DNA of 64,000 nucleotides, from the sequence record DRR378314_1513. One strand, 5' to 3'. This document shows positions 19,859 through 28,914 of this stretch, piece by piece; positions within the stretch are counted from its first letter, which is position 1; each line of letters opens with the position of its first letter. The notes beneath the pieces were generated by a model that was given only the letters and a program-made list of their open reading frames with translations, had not been told where the DNA came from and did not search any database. The position numbers were made by a program, and so were the translations under genes.

Positions 19859-20066
19859 GACTTACCCTTCACCCTTACACTTCTATTCGGCTCGCTCATA
19901 ATCAGTAAGCGTTTACTTCGCTCTCCTTCCCAAGCGCGAAGCAAGCCTTTCTTGAGCCTGAATACAATACACTTATTCAGAATACATAAACACGCCAGAA
20001 ATATGTCCATTAAATCTTCCGGCGAAACGCGCACCGGCCTGACGGACGCAGAACAGGCCCGCAGGA

Positions 20067-21509
20067 TCAATATCCACTCGCCGAGACATATTTGGTTTCG
20101 AGGTACTCCTCGAGCCCCTGCCTGCCCCCTTCCCGGCCCAATCCGGATTCCTTGACACCGCCGAATGGAGCAACTTCGGTTGAGATCATACCATCATTTG
20201 CCCCGACCATTCCGTATTCCAGTGCGTGGTTGAGCCGCAAAATGCGCTTGCGATCTTCCGTAAAGAAATACGCCGCCAGTCCATACGGTGTCGCATTCGC
20301 CATCCTGATGGCCTCGGCCTCTGTCGCAAATTTCGTGATCGATGCCACTGGCCCGAAGATCTCGCTATTGAAGATCGTCATGTCTGGAGTGACGCCAGTC
20401 AGAACCGTCGGCTCGAAAAACGACATTCCGGCAGAATGTCGCCCGCCGCCGCATTCGACATGAGCGCCATTGTTTACGGCGCCCACGACCAAGTTCTCGA
20501 CCTTTTGCGCGCCAGCCTCATTGATAATCGGGCCGATTTGCACGCCCTCTTCTTCACCGCGACCGACCTTCAGCTGCCGCACCCGGTCCACAAGCGCGCT
20601 GACGAACTGATCATGTATACCGTCTTGAACCAGGAAGCGGTTTGCACAAACGCAGGTCTGCCCAGCATTGCGAAACTTGGAGGCGATGGCGCCTTCAATA
20701 GCCGGACCGATATCCGCATCATCAAACACGATGAAGGGCGCGTTGCCGCCCAGCTCCATGCTAACCCGCTTCACGGTCGAGGCGCATTTCTCAAGCAGGA
20801 TTTTACCAACCGGTGTAGAGCCGGTGAACGACAGTTTCCGAATTTCGGTCGAGCGACAAAACACGTCACCAATGTCCACCGGGGCGACAGTTGGCACCAC
20901 TTTGAAGACACGCTCCGAAATGCCTGCCTCGCGCGCGAGATGCTCCAAGGCAAGCGCGGACAATGGCGTGGCCTCAGCAGGCTTCACGATCATCGGGCAG
21001 CCTGCGGCCAATGCCGGGCCGACCTTGCGTGTGATCATCGCGAGCGGGAAATTCCAAGGCGTAATCGCCGCCGCCACACCAACAGGCTGGCGAAGCGTGA
21101 ACAGGTTCTTGCCTGAAACTGGCGCGGGAATGACCTCTCCGTAAGCGCGTTTTGCTTCTTCAGCGAACCACTCGATGAACGCAGCGGCATACGCCACCTC
21201 GCCACGCGCTTCGGCCAGCGGCTTACCGCATTCCAGCGTGACCAGTCGCGCCAGGTTCTCTGAGTTTGCCAGGACCAGATCGTTCCAGGCCTTGAGACGT
21301 ATTGAGCGCGCCTTCGCGCTTTCTGATCGCCAGCTCGGCCAGGCATCGTTCATTGTCGCGATATGTCGCGCAACGCCGTCCGCAGAAAATGACCGGACCC
21401 GCGCCACCAAAGTTGCGTCGGCAGGATTGAGCACTTCCAGCGCCCCGTCTGGATCGCTGATCTCTCGCAGAAAATCGTCGACCCCTACCAAGCCAGAACC
21501 GAATGCCAT
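20067..21509 (-). CDS. gabD: NAD(P)-dependent succinate-semialdehyde dehydrogenase
   Basis: ITPWNFPLAMITRK, SFTGSTPVGK, SMELGGNAPF, KFRNAGQTCVCANR, EIFGP, APFGGVKESGLGREG. Confidence 0.88.
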   Translation of the reverse strand: MAFGSGLVGVDDFLREISDPDGALEVLNPADATLVARVRSFSADGVARHIATMNDAWPSWRSESAKARSIRLKAWNDLVLANSENLARLVTLECGKPLAEARGEVAYAAAFIEWFAEEAKRAYGEVIPAPVSGKNLFTLRQPVGVAAAITPWNFPLAMITRKVGPALAAGCPMIVKPAEATPLSALALEHLAREAGISERVFKVVPTVAPVDIGDVFCRSTEIRKLSFTGSTPVGKILLEKCASTVKRVSMELGGNAPFIVFDDADIGPAIEGAIASKFRNAGQTCVCANRFLVQDGIHDQFVSALVDRVRQLKVGRGEEEGVQIGPIINEAGAQKVENLVVGAVNNGAHVECGGGRHSAGMSFFEPTVLTGVTPDMTIFNSEIFGPVASITKFATEAEAIRMANATPYGLAAYFFTEDRKRILRLNHALEYGMVGANDGMISTEVAPFGGVKESGLGREGGRQGLEEYLETKYVSASGY

Positions 21510-21583
21510 GCTGAACTCCTCGTACCGGAAAGCCGCATGGCGTCCTCGCCCACACAGCGGATGCCCCTGGAATCCAAAGACGC

Positions 21584-22711
21584 CTACAAGACTTCTGAAT
21601 AGAGCTGCAGCGCATCTTCATAGGTTACTGGCCGTGGGTTGTTCTGCATCAGACGCTCATTCGCCGACGCGTCTTCGGCCATACGCGGCAAATCGTTATG
21701 GTTCACGCCCACATCCTGAAGCCTCAGCGGGGTGCCGCTTGCCTCACACAACTCAACCATACGGCCGATGAAGGCGTTCGCGTCCGCCGCGACGCCCACG
21801 AGCGGCCCGAGCTCGGCATACAGATCTCCGGCAACAGCCGCGTTGAACTTAAGGACCGGGGACAACATCAACGCGTTCGAGACGCCGTGCGGAACATGGA
21901 AGATTGCCCCCAATGGGTAGGCCATGGCATGCACAGCCGCGACCGGTGCGTTGGTGAAGGCCTGACCTGCAATGGTTGCGCCGATGGAAAGCGCCTCGCG
22001 CGCGGCCAGATTACCGGGCTCTTCGCATGCAGTGATCAGATTGTTGGCGAGCAGTCCCAATGCTTCGCGAGCGAGGGCGCTGGAGACGGGATTGCGTTTG
22101 ATCCTGGACGTATAAGCCTCAATCGCGTGCACCATCGCGTCGATCCCTGTCGCCGCCGTGACGCTTCTTGGCGCTGTCAGTGTCAGCTTCGCGTCGACAA
22201 TCGCCGCATCAGCGAACAACTGGCTGGCGACAATGCCGACCTTGCGGTCGTCATCCGACGTGACGACTGAAATATTGGTCACTTCAGATCCCGTACCTGA
22301 TGTCGTGGGCAACAGGACCAGGGGCGCGCGACCACCGCGCACATTGTCGACCCCGTAAATGTCTTCCAGCGATTGGGAACTGTCGATCAGAATCGCGATC
22401 AGTTTGGCTGTGTCCAGGGATGAGCCGCCGCCAAATCCGATGACGCCGTCAGCCCCATGCTCTTTCGCGAGGGCCACGGCATTGCGAATGACGCGCGCGG
22501 GAGGATCTGCCTCGACTGCATCGAACAGGAGGACATCAAGGCCAGCTTCGCGGAGGCTATCGAGCGCTTCGCCAACAAGCCCGGCATTGATCACGCCCTT
22601 GTCCGTAACGAAAACGGGGCGCTGCATGCGATCACGCACCAACTGGCCAATCCGCGCGGCACCTCCACTCTCAAATCGTACTTCCGGCGGCGTCATGAAC
22701 GAAAAATCCAT
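21584..22711 (-). CDS. Iron-containing alcohol dehydrogenase
   Basis: GFGGGSSLDTAK, PTTSGTGSEVT, DAMVHAIEAY, AVHAMAYPLG-FHVPHG. Confidence 0.9.
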   Translation of the reverse strand: MDFSFMTPPEVRFESGGAARIGQLVRDRMQRPVFVTDKGVINAGLVGEALDSLREAGLDVLLFDAVEADPPARVIRNAVALAKEHGADGVIGFGGGSSLDTAKLIAILIDSSQSLEDIYGVDNVRGGRAPLVLLPTTSGTGSEVTNISVVTSDDDRKVGIVASQLFADAAIVDAKLTLTAPRSVTAATGIDAMVHAIEAYTSRIKRNPVSSALAREALGLLANNLITACEEPGNLAAREALSIGATIAGQAFTNAPVAAVHAMAYPLGAIFHVPHGVSNALMLSPVLKFNAAVAGDLYAELGPLVGVAADANAFIGRMVELCEASGTPLRLQDVGVNHNDLPRMAEDASANERLMQNNPRPVTYEDALQLYSEVL

Positions 22712-22972
22712 CGTTCGGCTCCCTATCTCAATTCAACCAACAGCAGCTCAAGCATGAAGATTTTGTTATAATATGCAATCATTTAATGCGCGCTCTATTT
22801 CGACGGCGCAATCCGTCAGAATGACGCTCAGGTCAATTGCGAGCGGGTATTGCGACCCACTAAACTCGACGAATTCCTGAGTCAGTTATCACCGCGAAAC
22901 ACTTGTGCAGGCGTGATCAATCATCGTGCGTCGTCAGCGTTCCGGAGGTCTCTACTGCACCTTAAAATTAAT

Positions 22973-22990
22973 TGTATTATTGATAATACA
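22973..22990. promoter_or_regulatory. Near-perfect 18-bp palindrome in the divergent Fe-ADH/permease promoter region
   Basis: TGTATTATTGATAATACA, 16 of 18 positions self-complementary. Confidence 0.5.
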
Positions 22991-23057
22991 TTATATCTTG
23001 AGCCGCCTGCGCTCGATCTGCGCGGACTTAGAACGGGCATTCAGGGGAGCATCAAAC

Positions 23058-24440
23058 ATGTGGAAGATCGTCAAGAACTGGTGGAATCAGGATCCGGAGG
23101 AAGACTCGACCGACAGCCCCTTCCAGCCCGTACGCGCTGATCAGAAACAGGACGCACTCCCGATGCTGTCCCTCGCCTTCGGGTGGGGCTTCCTGATCAC
23201 GGGACTTCTGGCCGGGGGCCAATTGGGCGCCGGCCTGTCCTTCTATCCGGATATGGCGCTCGCCTCTCTGGGCGGAAACACGATCAATTTCATCATGGGC
23301 GCCCTCGTCGCCTACATCGGCTATAAGACTGCCTGTAATTCCGGACTGCTGTACCAGTTCGTGTATGGACGTGTCGGCGTTCTGCTGCCGGTGATCTTCA
23401 TCGCCCTGCTCATCACGGGCTGGCAGGCCATCATTGTCGGCGCATTCGGCTTCACCTTCGCGCAATCCTTCACCAGCCCGGCATTTTACATCGTCGCCAT
23501 CCTTGGCGGTTTGCTGTTCACGTTCACGACCTATTTCGGCGTGAAGGGAATCGAGCGGGTCAGCCTTCCGTCCGTGTTCATCCTGATCTTTGTCGGGCTT
23601 TACGCCGCCTGGTCGAACCTCACCGAAGCTGGCGGACTGGCAGATTTCCTCGCGCTTTCTGAAAAGGCCACCGCTGATTCAGATGTTTCTATCGCGACAG
23701 GCATGAACATCGTTGTGGGGTCATGGGCCGTCGGCGCGGTTGTGATGGCGGAGTATACGCGGTTTGCGAAATCGTTCTGGGTTGCCATGGCGATCCCCTT
23801 CATCGTGATGATGGTGGCGCAATGGTTCCTGCAAATTGTTGGCGCGATGGGCAGCATCGTGTCCGGCTCACCCGACTTCACAACATACCTCTTGCAGCAG
23901 GGCTTTATCGTTGGCGGCATCGGCCTGATCGGCATGAGCCTCGCACTGTGGACGACGGGCAACACGAACCTCTATTTGCCGGTCATTCAGACGTCGGCCG
24001 TGCTGAAGCGTCCTAAGCGCGTAATGGTCATCATTTGGGGCCTGCTGGGAACCGTGCTCGGGCTGGGCCTCTACCAGCACTTCATGGGCTGGATCAATTT
24101 GCTCGCCGCGCTTGTGCCACCGCTGCTCGGGCCATTGGTGGTGGACTTCTATGTCGTGAACAAGGGACGCTACGACCCGGCCGACCTGCCTCGCCTTCAC
24201 AAATGGAACAAGGCGGCCATCGTGTCCTATCTGGCAGGTGCATTCTTCGCCTATGCAAACAGCTATAAACTCATTCTATTGCCAGACTATCTCATTCCTT
24301 CCCTGTTTGGACTGGTGGTCTCCATGCTGACATACGCCTTGATCTGGGGCATCGCGAAAGCAATGGGTAGCCACATCGGATATTCGGGCATCGGAAGCGA
24401 AGACCCCTCGTCTGAAACGTCTCAAGGCACGCCCGTTTAA
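23058..24440 (+). CDS. NCS1 / cytosine-purine permease family transporter
   Basis: About 12 hydrophobic segments, AYIGYKT, EYTRFAK, WTTGNTNLY, PPLLGPLVVDFY. GGAG RBS. Confidence 0.8.
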   Translation: MWKIVKNWWNQDPEEDSTDSPFQPVRADQKQDALPMLSLAFGWGFLITGLLAGGQLGAGLSFYPDMALASLGGNTINFIMGALVAYIGYKTACNSGLLYQFVYGRVGVLLPVIFIALLITGWQAIIVGAFGFTFAQSFTSPAFYIVAILGGLLFTFTTYFGVKGIERVSLPSVFILIFVGLYAAWSNLTEAGGLADFLALSEKATADSDVSIATGMNIVVGSWAVGAVVMAEYTRFAKSFWVAMAIPFIVMMVAQWFLQIVGAMGSIVSGSPDFTTYLLQQGFIVGGIGLIGMSLALWTTGNTNLYLPVIQTSAVLKRPKRVMVIIWGLLGTVLGLGLYQHFMGWINLLAALVPPLLGPLVVDFYVVNKGRYDPADLPRLHKWNKAAIVSYLAGAFFAYANSYKLILLPDYLIPSLFGLVVSMLTYALIWGIAKAMGSHIGYSGIGSEDPSSETSQGTPV

Positions 24441-24443
24441 ACC

Positions 24444-25895
24444 ATGCAGAATCCCGAAGCGCTGATCACCCTCGTTCTGTATGCTGGCCTTCTGGTTGGC
24501 ATCGGACTTTGGGCATCGTCCAAGGTGAAGTCAGAGGATTCGTTCCTGCTTGCGGGACGCAATCTGGGCGCCATCGTTGCTGGACTTGCCTACGCCGCAT
24601 CCAGCTCCTCAGCCTGGGTTCTTCTTGGCTTTTCAGGCTTCGTGTACAGTGTCGGGCTGTCCGCCTTCTGGATGGTGCCGGGCATCCTGGCCGGATATGC
24701 CGTTGTCTGGTTCTGGGTTGGCGGCGTTCTCCAGCGTGCGTCTCATGAGAAGGGTCATTTGACGCTGACCGACTTCATTGCCGAAGGTCTCTCCCCCAAG
24801 GCGAAGAAATGGATTCAGGTCTTCGGGTCATTGATGATCGCCTACTGCTTTTGCTGGTACATTGCCGCGCAGTTGCAGGGCGCCGGACAGGCATTCGACG
24901 ACCTGTTCGGCAGCGGCCTCGCGCTCGGCGTGCTGATCGGCGCGGGGCTGGTTTTGCTATATGCGTTTTTCGGCGGCTTCGTGGCGGTCGCTCTGGTTGA
25001 CATGTTGCAGGGATTGCTGATCGCCATTGTCGCCATCGTTCTTCCCGTGGCCGCGTTCCTGGCGGTGGGCGGAGTCGACGGGATCACGACAGCACTTGCA
25101 GCGGCTCCACCCGCATATTCCGACGTGTTCGGGGGGCGTGCCGGATTTATCGCACTGGGGTTCGTTCTGGGGATTTCCGCCACCGGGTTTGGCGCACTCG
25201 GACAACCTCACCTGATCGCCTGGATCATGGCAGCACGTGATCGCAAGGCACGGATTTCAGGCGGTACAATCGCTGTGGCCTGGGGGCTTCTGGTCTATGC
25301 TGGTATGGCCCTGCTCGGCCTGTGCGCACGCGCATTCTTCGGATCCGACATGGCGGCAGAGGGCATCTTCTTTGGCTCTGCAACCGAATTCCTGCCCGGT
25401 ATATTCGCCGGCATCATCGCCGCAGCAACCCTGTCGGCCATCATGTCGACGGTTGATAGCCAATTGCTGGTCGCGGGCGCAGCGCTCAGCCACGACCTAG
25501 GGATACGAAAGCTGTTCCCCGGTCGCGATGTGCTTGTTTCGCGGCTATGTATCGCTGCCATGTGCGCCGCATCAATTGGCGTGACCCTGCTCCTGCCATC
25601 CTCGATATTCTCTCGCGTTCTGTTTGCCTGGGTGGCACTGGGCGCCGCATTCGGGCCCGTTGTTGTGGCGCGCTCGATTGGCTGGAGGCCATCCGCCGCC
25701 GGCACGATCGCCGCGATGTTGGCAGGTTTCCTGTGCAGCGTGGTGCTGACATTCATCCTGGCGAAAAGCCCGGGCGAGGGATGGTCAACAATAATGCCCT
25801 GGGGCGTCGCCTTGCTGGTCCTGGCTGGCGACAGATTGGCAATCCGCAAGGCGAGAGCCGACCTCAGGACAGCTCCCGCTTCTCCCCACGAATGA
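24444..25895 (+). CDS. Sodium:solute symporter (PutP-like)
   Basis: FLLAGRNLG, ASSSSAWVLLG, GGFVAV--VD-LQG, LGQPHL, LSAIMSTVDSQLL, LGAAFGP. Confidence 0.88.
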   Translation: MQNPEALITLVLYAGLLVGIGLWASSKVKSEDSFLLAGRNLGAIVAGLAYAASSSSAWVLLGFSGFVYSVGLSAFWMVPGILAGYAVVWFWVGGVLQRASHEKGHLTLTDFIAEGLSPKAKKWIQVFGSLMIAYCFCWYIAAQLQGAGQAFDDLFGSGLALGVLIGAGLVLLYAFFGGFVAVALVDMLQGLLIAIVAIVLPVAAFLAVGGVDGITTALAAAPPAYSDVFGGRAGFIALGFVLGISATGFGALGQPHLIAWIMAARDRKARISGGTIAVAWGLLVYAGMALLGLCARAFFGSDMAAEGIFFGSATEFLPGIFAGIIAAATLSAIMSTVDSQLLVAGAALSHDLGIRKLFPGRDVLVSRLCIAAMCAASIGVTLLLPSSIFSRVLFAWVALGAAFGPVVVARSIGWRPSAAGTIAAMLAGFLCSVVLTFILAKSPGEGWSTIMPWGVALLVLAGDRLAIRKARADLRTAPASPHE

Positions 25896-27636
25896 TCACC
25901 GCCAGCGCCGCGCAGGCAAAGAAGACAAGGCTTGGCCAGATGACGTTCTCGCGGAATGCGGCAAGGGCACCTGGGTAGGCAGCCGCATCGACGAAAAGGA
26001 GTTGCGCGCCGGACACCAGCATCCATGCGAGGGATAGGAAGCCGATTGCTTGCAAACCCCACCACAAGAGTGTGTGCCCGCCAGACTCGTCAATTGGCGC
26101 GCCCGACGCCAGATAGCGAGCCTCCTCCGCCTTTCGCATCGCGAGCGTCTCTTCCTCAATCTCCGCCTGCGGATATTGTTTCGCAGCACCGAAGCTGCGC
26201 GCGAGCACCAGATAGACAATCGTCGCGGTGGCCCATGCAGGCAGCAGAAGAAAGAACTGGTGCACACCGGCACCGAAATACAGCACAGAGATGATGGCAA
26301 GAGCCGCGCCCCAGGCGAGAACTGCGGGCACATTCAGCCCCGACTTGCGATACGAAGTCCAGTACCGACGGAGCCCCGCACGCGGAAACAACCAATGCTC
26401 CGCGACGATGATCGCGCCTACCGGCGACAGGATCAGCCCCATCCACCCGACATAACCAAGCAATTGGGTAAACACGAAGGGTGAACACGCCAGCACCATG
26501 GTGACGAGGCCAACGAGAATGGTGACATGGGTACGCTTCCAGGCAGGGTTCAGGCTCTGAAACGCAAGACCTGCCCGGTAAAGCGTCGGATTGGATGTGG
26601 TCCAGCCGGCGATGATGACTGCGATAACCCCCGCAAGGCCGAGCGCCTGTGTCGCCACCGCGCCGGGGTCCAGCAGACCTATCTGTGTATTGAGCGCATA
26701 GGCCGCGCCCGCCCCCATCGCGCCTGCGCAGACCCAACAGACAAAATGACCTATGAACATGCCGAGTGCGGAGAACCAACCGTAAGACTTTTTCTTCGCA
26801 AAGCGCAGCAGCGTCATGTCTCCCAGGGATCCGTGCATTGCGAGATTGGCGACCCACGCAAAGGCCGCAATGGACCAGAAACTCTTGGCTTCGTTCGGGA
26901 TGGACCAGAAAGCGCCCTCCATCGGGGTGGGCTGGTACACTTGTGTTGAGAGGACCTGCCAGAACACATCGCCTGATACCGCGGGCAAGGCACTTCCGGT
27001 TGCCTGAGCCAGCAAGGGATAGAGCACCAGGGCGCCGACAAGGAAGATGCAGATCATCCAGGGTACGACCGCGCCTGCAAACTGCGCGAGCCTTTTGAAG
27101 CCCAAGACAGCAAGCGCGACCACGACGGCCCCCACGGCCAAGGCGATGAGCACAAACCGAATGTCGGTGGGGAACATTCCGGTCTGCGGAGCAATTGGCG
27201 CACCGGGGACTGCCGAATTGTAGAATACGCGCACAGCTGAGGCAGACACGGTGATCATGGATCCGGCCAGCCCGAGGAACATCACGCCGTTTACAACCGA
27301 ATAGATCTTCAGGAAATGGCGACCTGCAATCTTCTCGAGATAGGCGTAGAGTGTCAGGCGTGTGTCGACCGCAATCGGTGCGGTGATGAAGGCCCATGTC
27401 AGAACTGCCAGCAAGTTTCCGACGAGCAAACCGAGAATCACATCGGACGCAGCCGCGCCTGCCCCGGCAAACAATGCGCCGATGACAAATTCCGTACCTG
27501 CAACATGCTCCCCCGAATAGTTTCCGGCGAAATATCCAGCAGGTTGAAGCTTGCGAGGCGGAACCGGATGGAAGTCCAGATTCTGCGGCTCACCGGTTTC
27601 GACGGCGCCTGCGGCGTCCGCTCCAGCAATCGACAT
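25864..27636 (-). CDS. NCS1-like (purine-cytosine permease family) transporter with C-terminal extension
   Basis: GEHVAGTEFVIGA, RLTLYAYL, DMTLLRFAK, AGWTTSNPTLYRAGLA, PVGAIIVAEHW. GGAGG RBS. Confidence 0.78.
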   Translation of the reverse strand: MSIAGADAAGAVETGEPQNLDFHPVPPRKLQPAGYFAGNYSGEHVAGTEFVIGALFAGAGAAASDVILGLLVGNLLAVLTWAFITAPIAVDTRLTLYAYLEKIAGRHFLKIYSVVNGVMFLGLAGSMITVSASAVRVFYNSAVPGAPIAPQTGMFPTDIRFVLIALAVGAVVVALAVLGFKRLAQFAGAVVPWMICIFLVGALVLYPLLAQATGSALPAVSGDVFWQVLSTQVYQPTPMEGAFWSIPNEAKSFWSIAAFAWVANLAMHGSLGDMTLLRFAKKKSYGWFSALGMFIGHFVCWVCAGAMGAGAAYALNTQIGLLDPGAVATQALGLAGVIAVIIAGWTTSNPTLYRAGLAFQSLNPAWKRTHVTILVGLVTMVLACSPFVFTQLLGYVGWMGLILSPVGAIIVAEHWLFPRAGLRRYWTSYRKSGLNVPAVLAWGAALAIISVLYFGAGVHQFFLLLPAWATATIVYLVLARSFGAAKQYPQAEIEEETLAMRKAEEARYLASGAPIDESGGHTLLWWGLQAIGFLSLAWMLVSGAQLLFVDAAAYPGALAAFRENVIWPSLVFFACAALAVIIRGEKRELS

Positions 27637-27777
27637 TGCGATGTTCCTCCCCTGAATCACATGCACATGTATGACATATTTTGATTGATTATTATCATTA
27701 TTGATTGCATTCGATTTATTGTACGTCAAGCACGAACACGCCAGAGTGGTCGGCAAACCATCAGGGAGGCGACGGCC

Positions 27778-28914
27778 TTGATCATTTCATCACCACAAGA
27801 CTTTCGTGCTGCCGCACGTCGCAAGCTGCCGAAATTCCTGTTGGACTATATCGATGGGGGCGCAAATGCGGAGCAGACCCTCGCGCGGAATACATCCGAT
27901 CTGCAGTCGATCGGGCTACGGCAACGCGTCTTGCGGGGGTCCGAATCGATTGACCTGAGCACATCCTTGTTTGGCGAAACCCTCGCTGCCCCCTTCGGCC
28001 TGTCCCCGGTCGGTCTGACAGGCATGTATGCCCGCAGGGGCGAAGTACAGGCCGCCAAGGCTGCCGAGCGGGCGAGCATTCCCTACACGCTTTCAACGGT
28101 TTCGGTTTGCTCTCTTGAAGAAGTCGCAAGCAAGACAGATCGCGCGATCTGGTTTCAGCTCTACGTTCTGAAAGACCGCGCCTTCATGAAGAATGTGCTT
28201 GAGCGCGCCCAAGCCGCTGGTGTGCGCACTCTTGTCTTTACTGTAGACATGCCTGTTCCGGGGGCGCGTTACCGCGATGCCCACTCCGGCATGAGTGGGC
28301 CCAACGCGCCGTTGAGGCGCATGTACCAGGCCATCACACATCCCGAATGGGCCATGTCTGTCGGGCTGATGGGGCGCCCGCATGATTTGGGCAACATATC
28401 TGTCTACCGAGGGAAAAAGACAAACTTGTCCGACTATATCGGATGGCTGGGCGAAAATTTCGATCCCGAGATCTCATGGCGCGACCTGGAATGGATTCGC
28501 GACACCTGGTCGGGAAGCCTGGTGATTAAAGGCATTCTGGATCGTGACGATGTCGACGACGCCGTCCGCCTCGGGGCCGATGGCATCATCGTCTCCAATC
28601 ATGGCGGCCGCCAACTCGACACCGTGTCGTCCAGCATCAGAGCATTGCCTGACATCGTCCATGCAGTCGACGGACGAATGAAAGTGCTCGTCGATTCCGG
28701 ATTTCGCAACGGGCTGGATGTTTTAAAAGCGCTCTGCCTCGGCGCGGATGCCGTCATGTTCGGACGGGCTTACATCTACGCACTGGCCGCGGGGGGAGAG
28801 GCTGCCGTATCGCAGTTCATCTCATTGATCGAACATGAGATGCGCATTGCGATGGTGCTGATGGGTGCGAAGTCTGTGCCTGACCTGTCCAGCGATCTGC
28901 TCGACAGAAAATAG
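27778..28914 (+). CDS. lldD: FMN-dependent L-lactate dehydrogenase
   Basis: [71 protein letters not shown] start after GGAGG. Confidence 0.92.
   Translation: MIISSPQDFRAAARRKLPKFLLDYIDGGANAEQTLARNTSDLQSIGLRQRVLRGSESIDLSTSLFGETLAAPFGLSPVGLTGMYARRGEVQAAKAAERASIPYTLSTVSVCSLEEVASKTDRAIWFQLYVLKDRAFMKNVLERAQAAGVRTLVFTVDMPVPGARYRDAHSGMSGPNAPLRRMYQAITHPEWAMSVGLMGRPHDLGNISVYRGKKTNLSDYIGWLGENFDPEISWRDLEWIRDTWSGSLVIKGILDRDDVDDAVRLGADGIIVSNHGGRQLDTVSSSIRALPDIVHAVDGRMKVLVDSGFRNGLDVLKALCLGADAVMFGRAYIYALAAGGEAAVSQFISLIEHEMRIAMVLMGAKSVPDLSSDLLDRK

Noticed and set aside
26156-27397. 413-aa same-strand alternative-frame ORF inside the NCS1-like permease
   Set aside because: Arg/Gly/Cys-rich composition typical of off-frame GC-rich sequence, with no RBS or domain signal.
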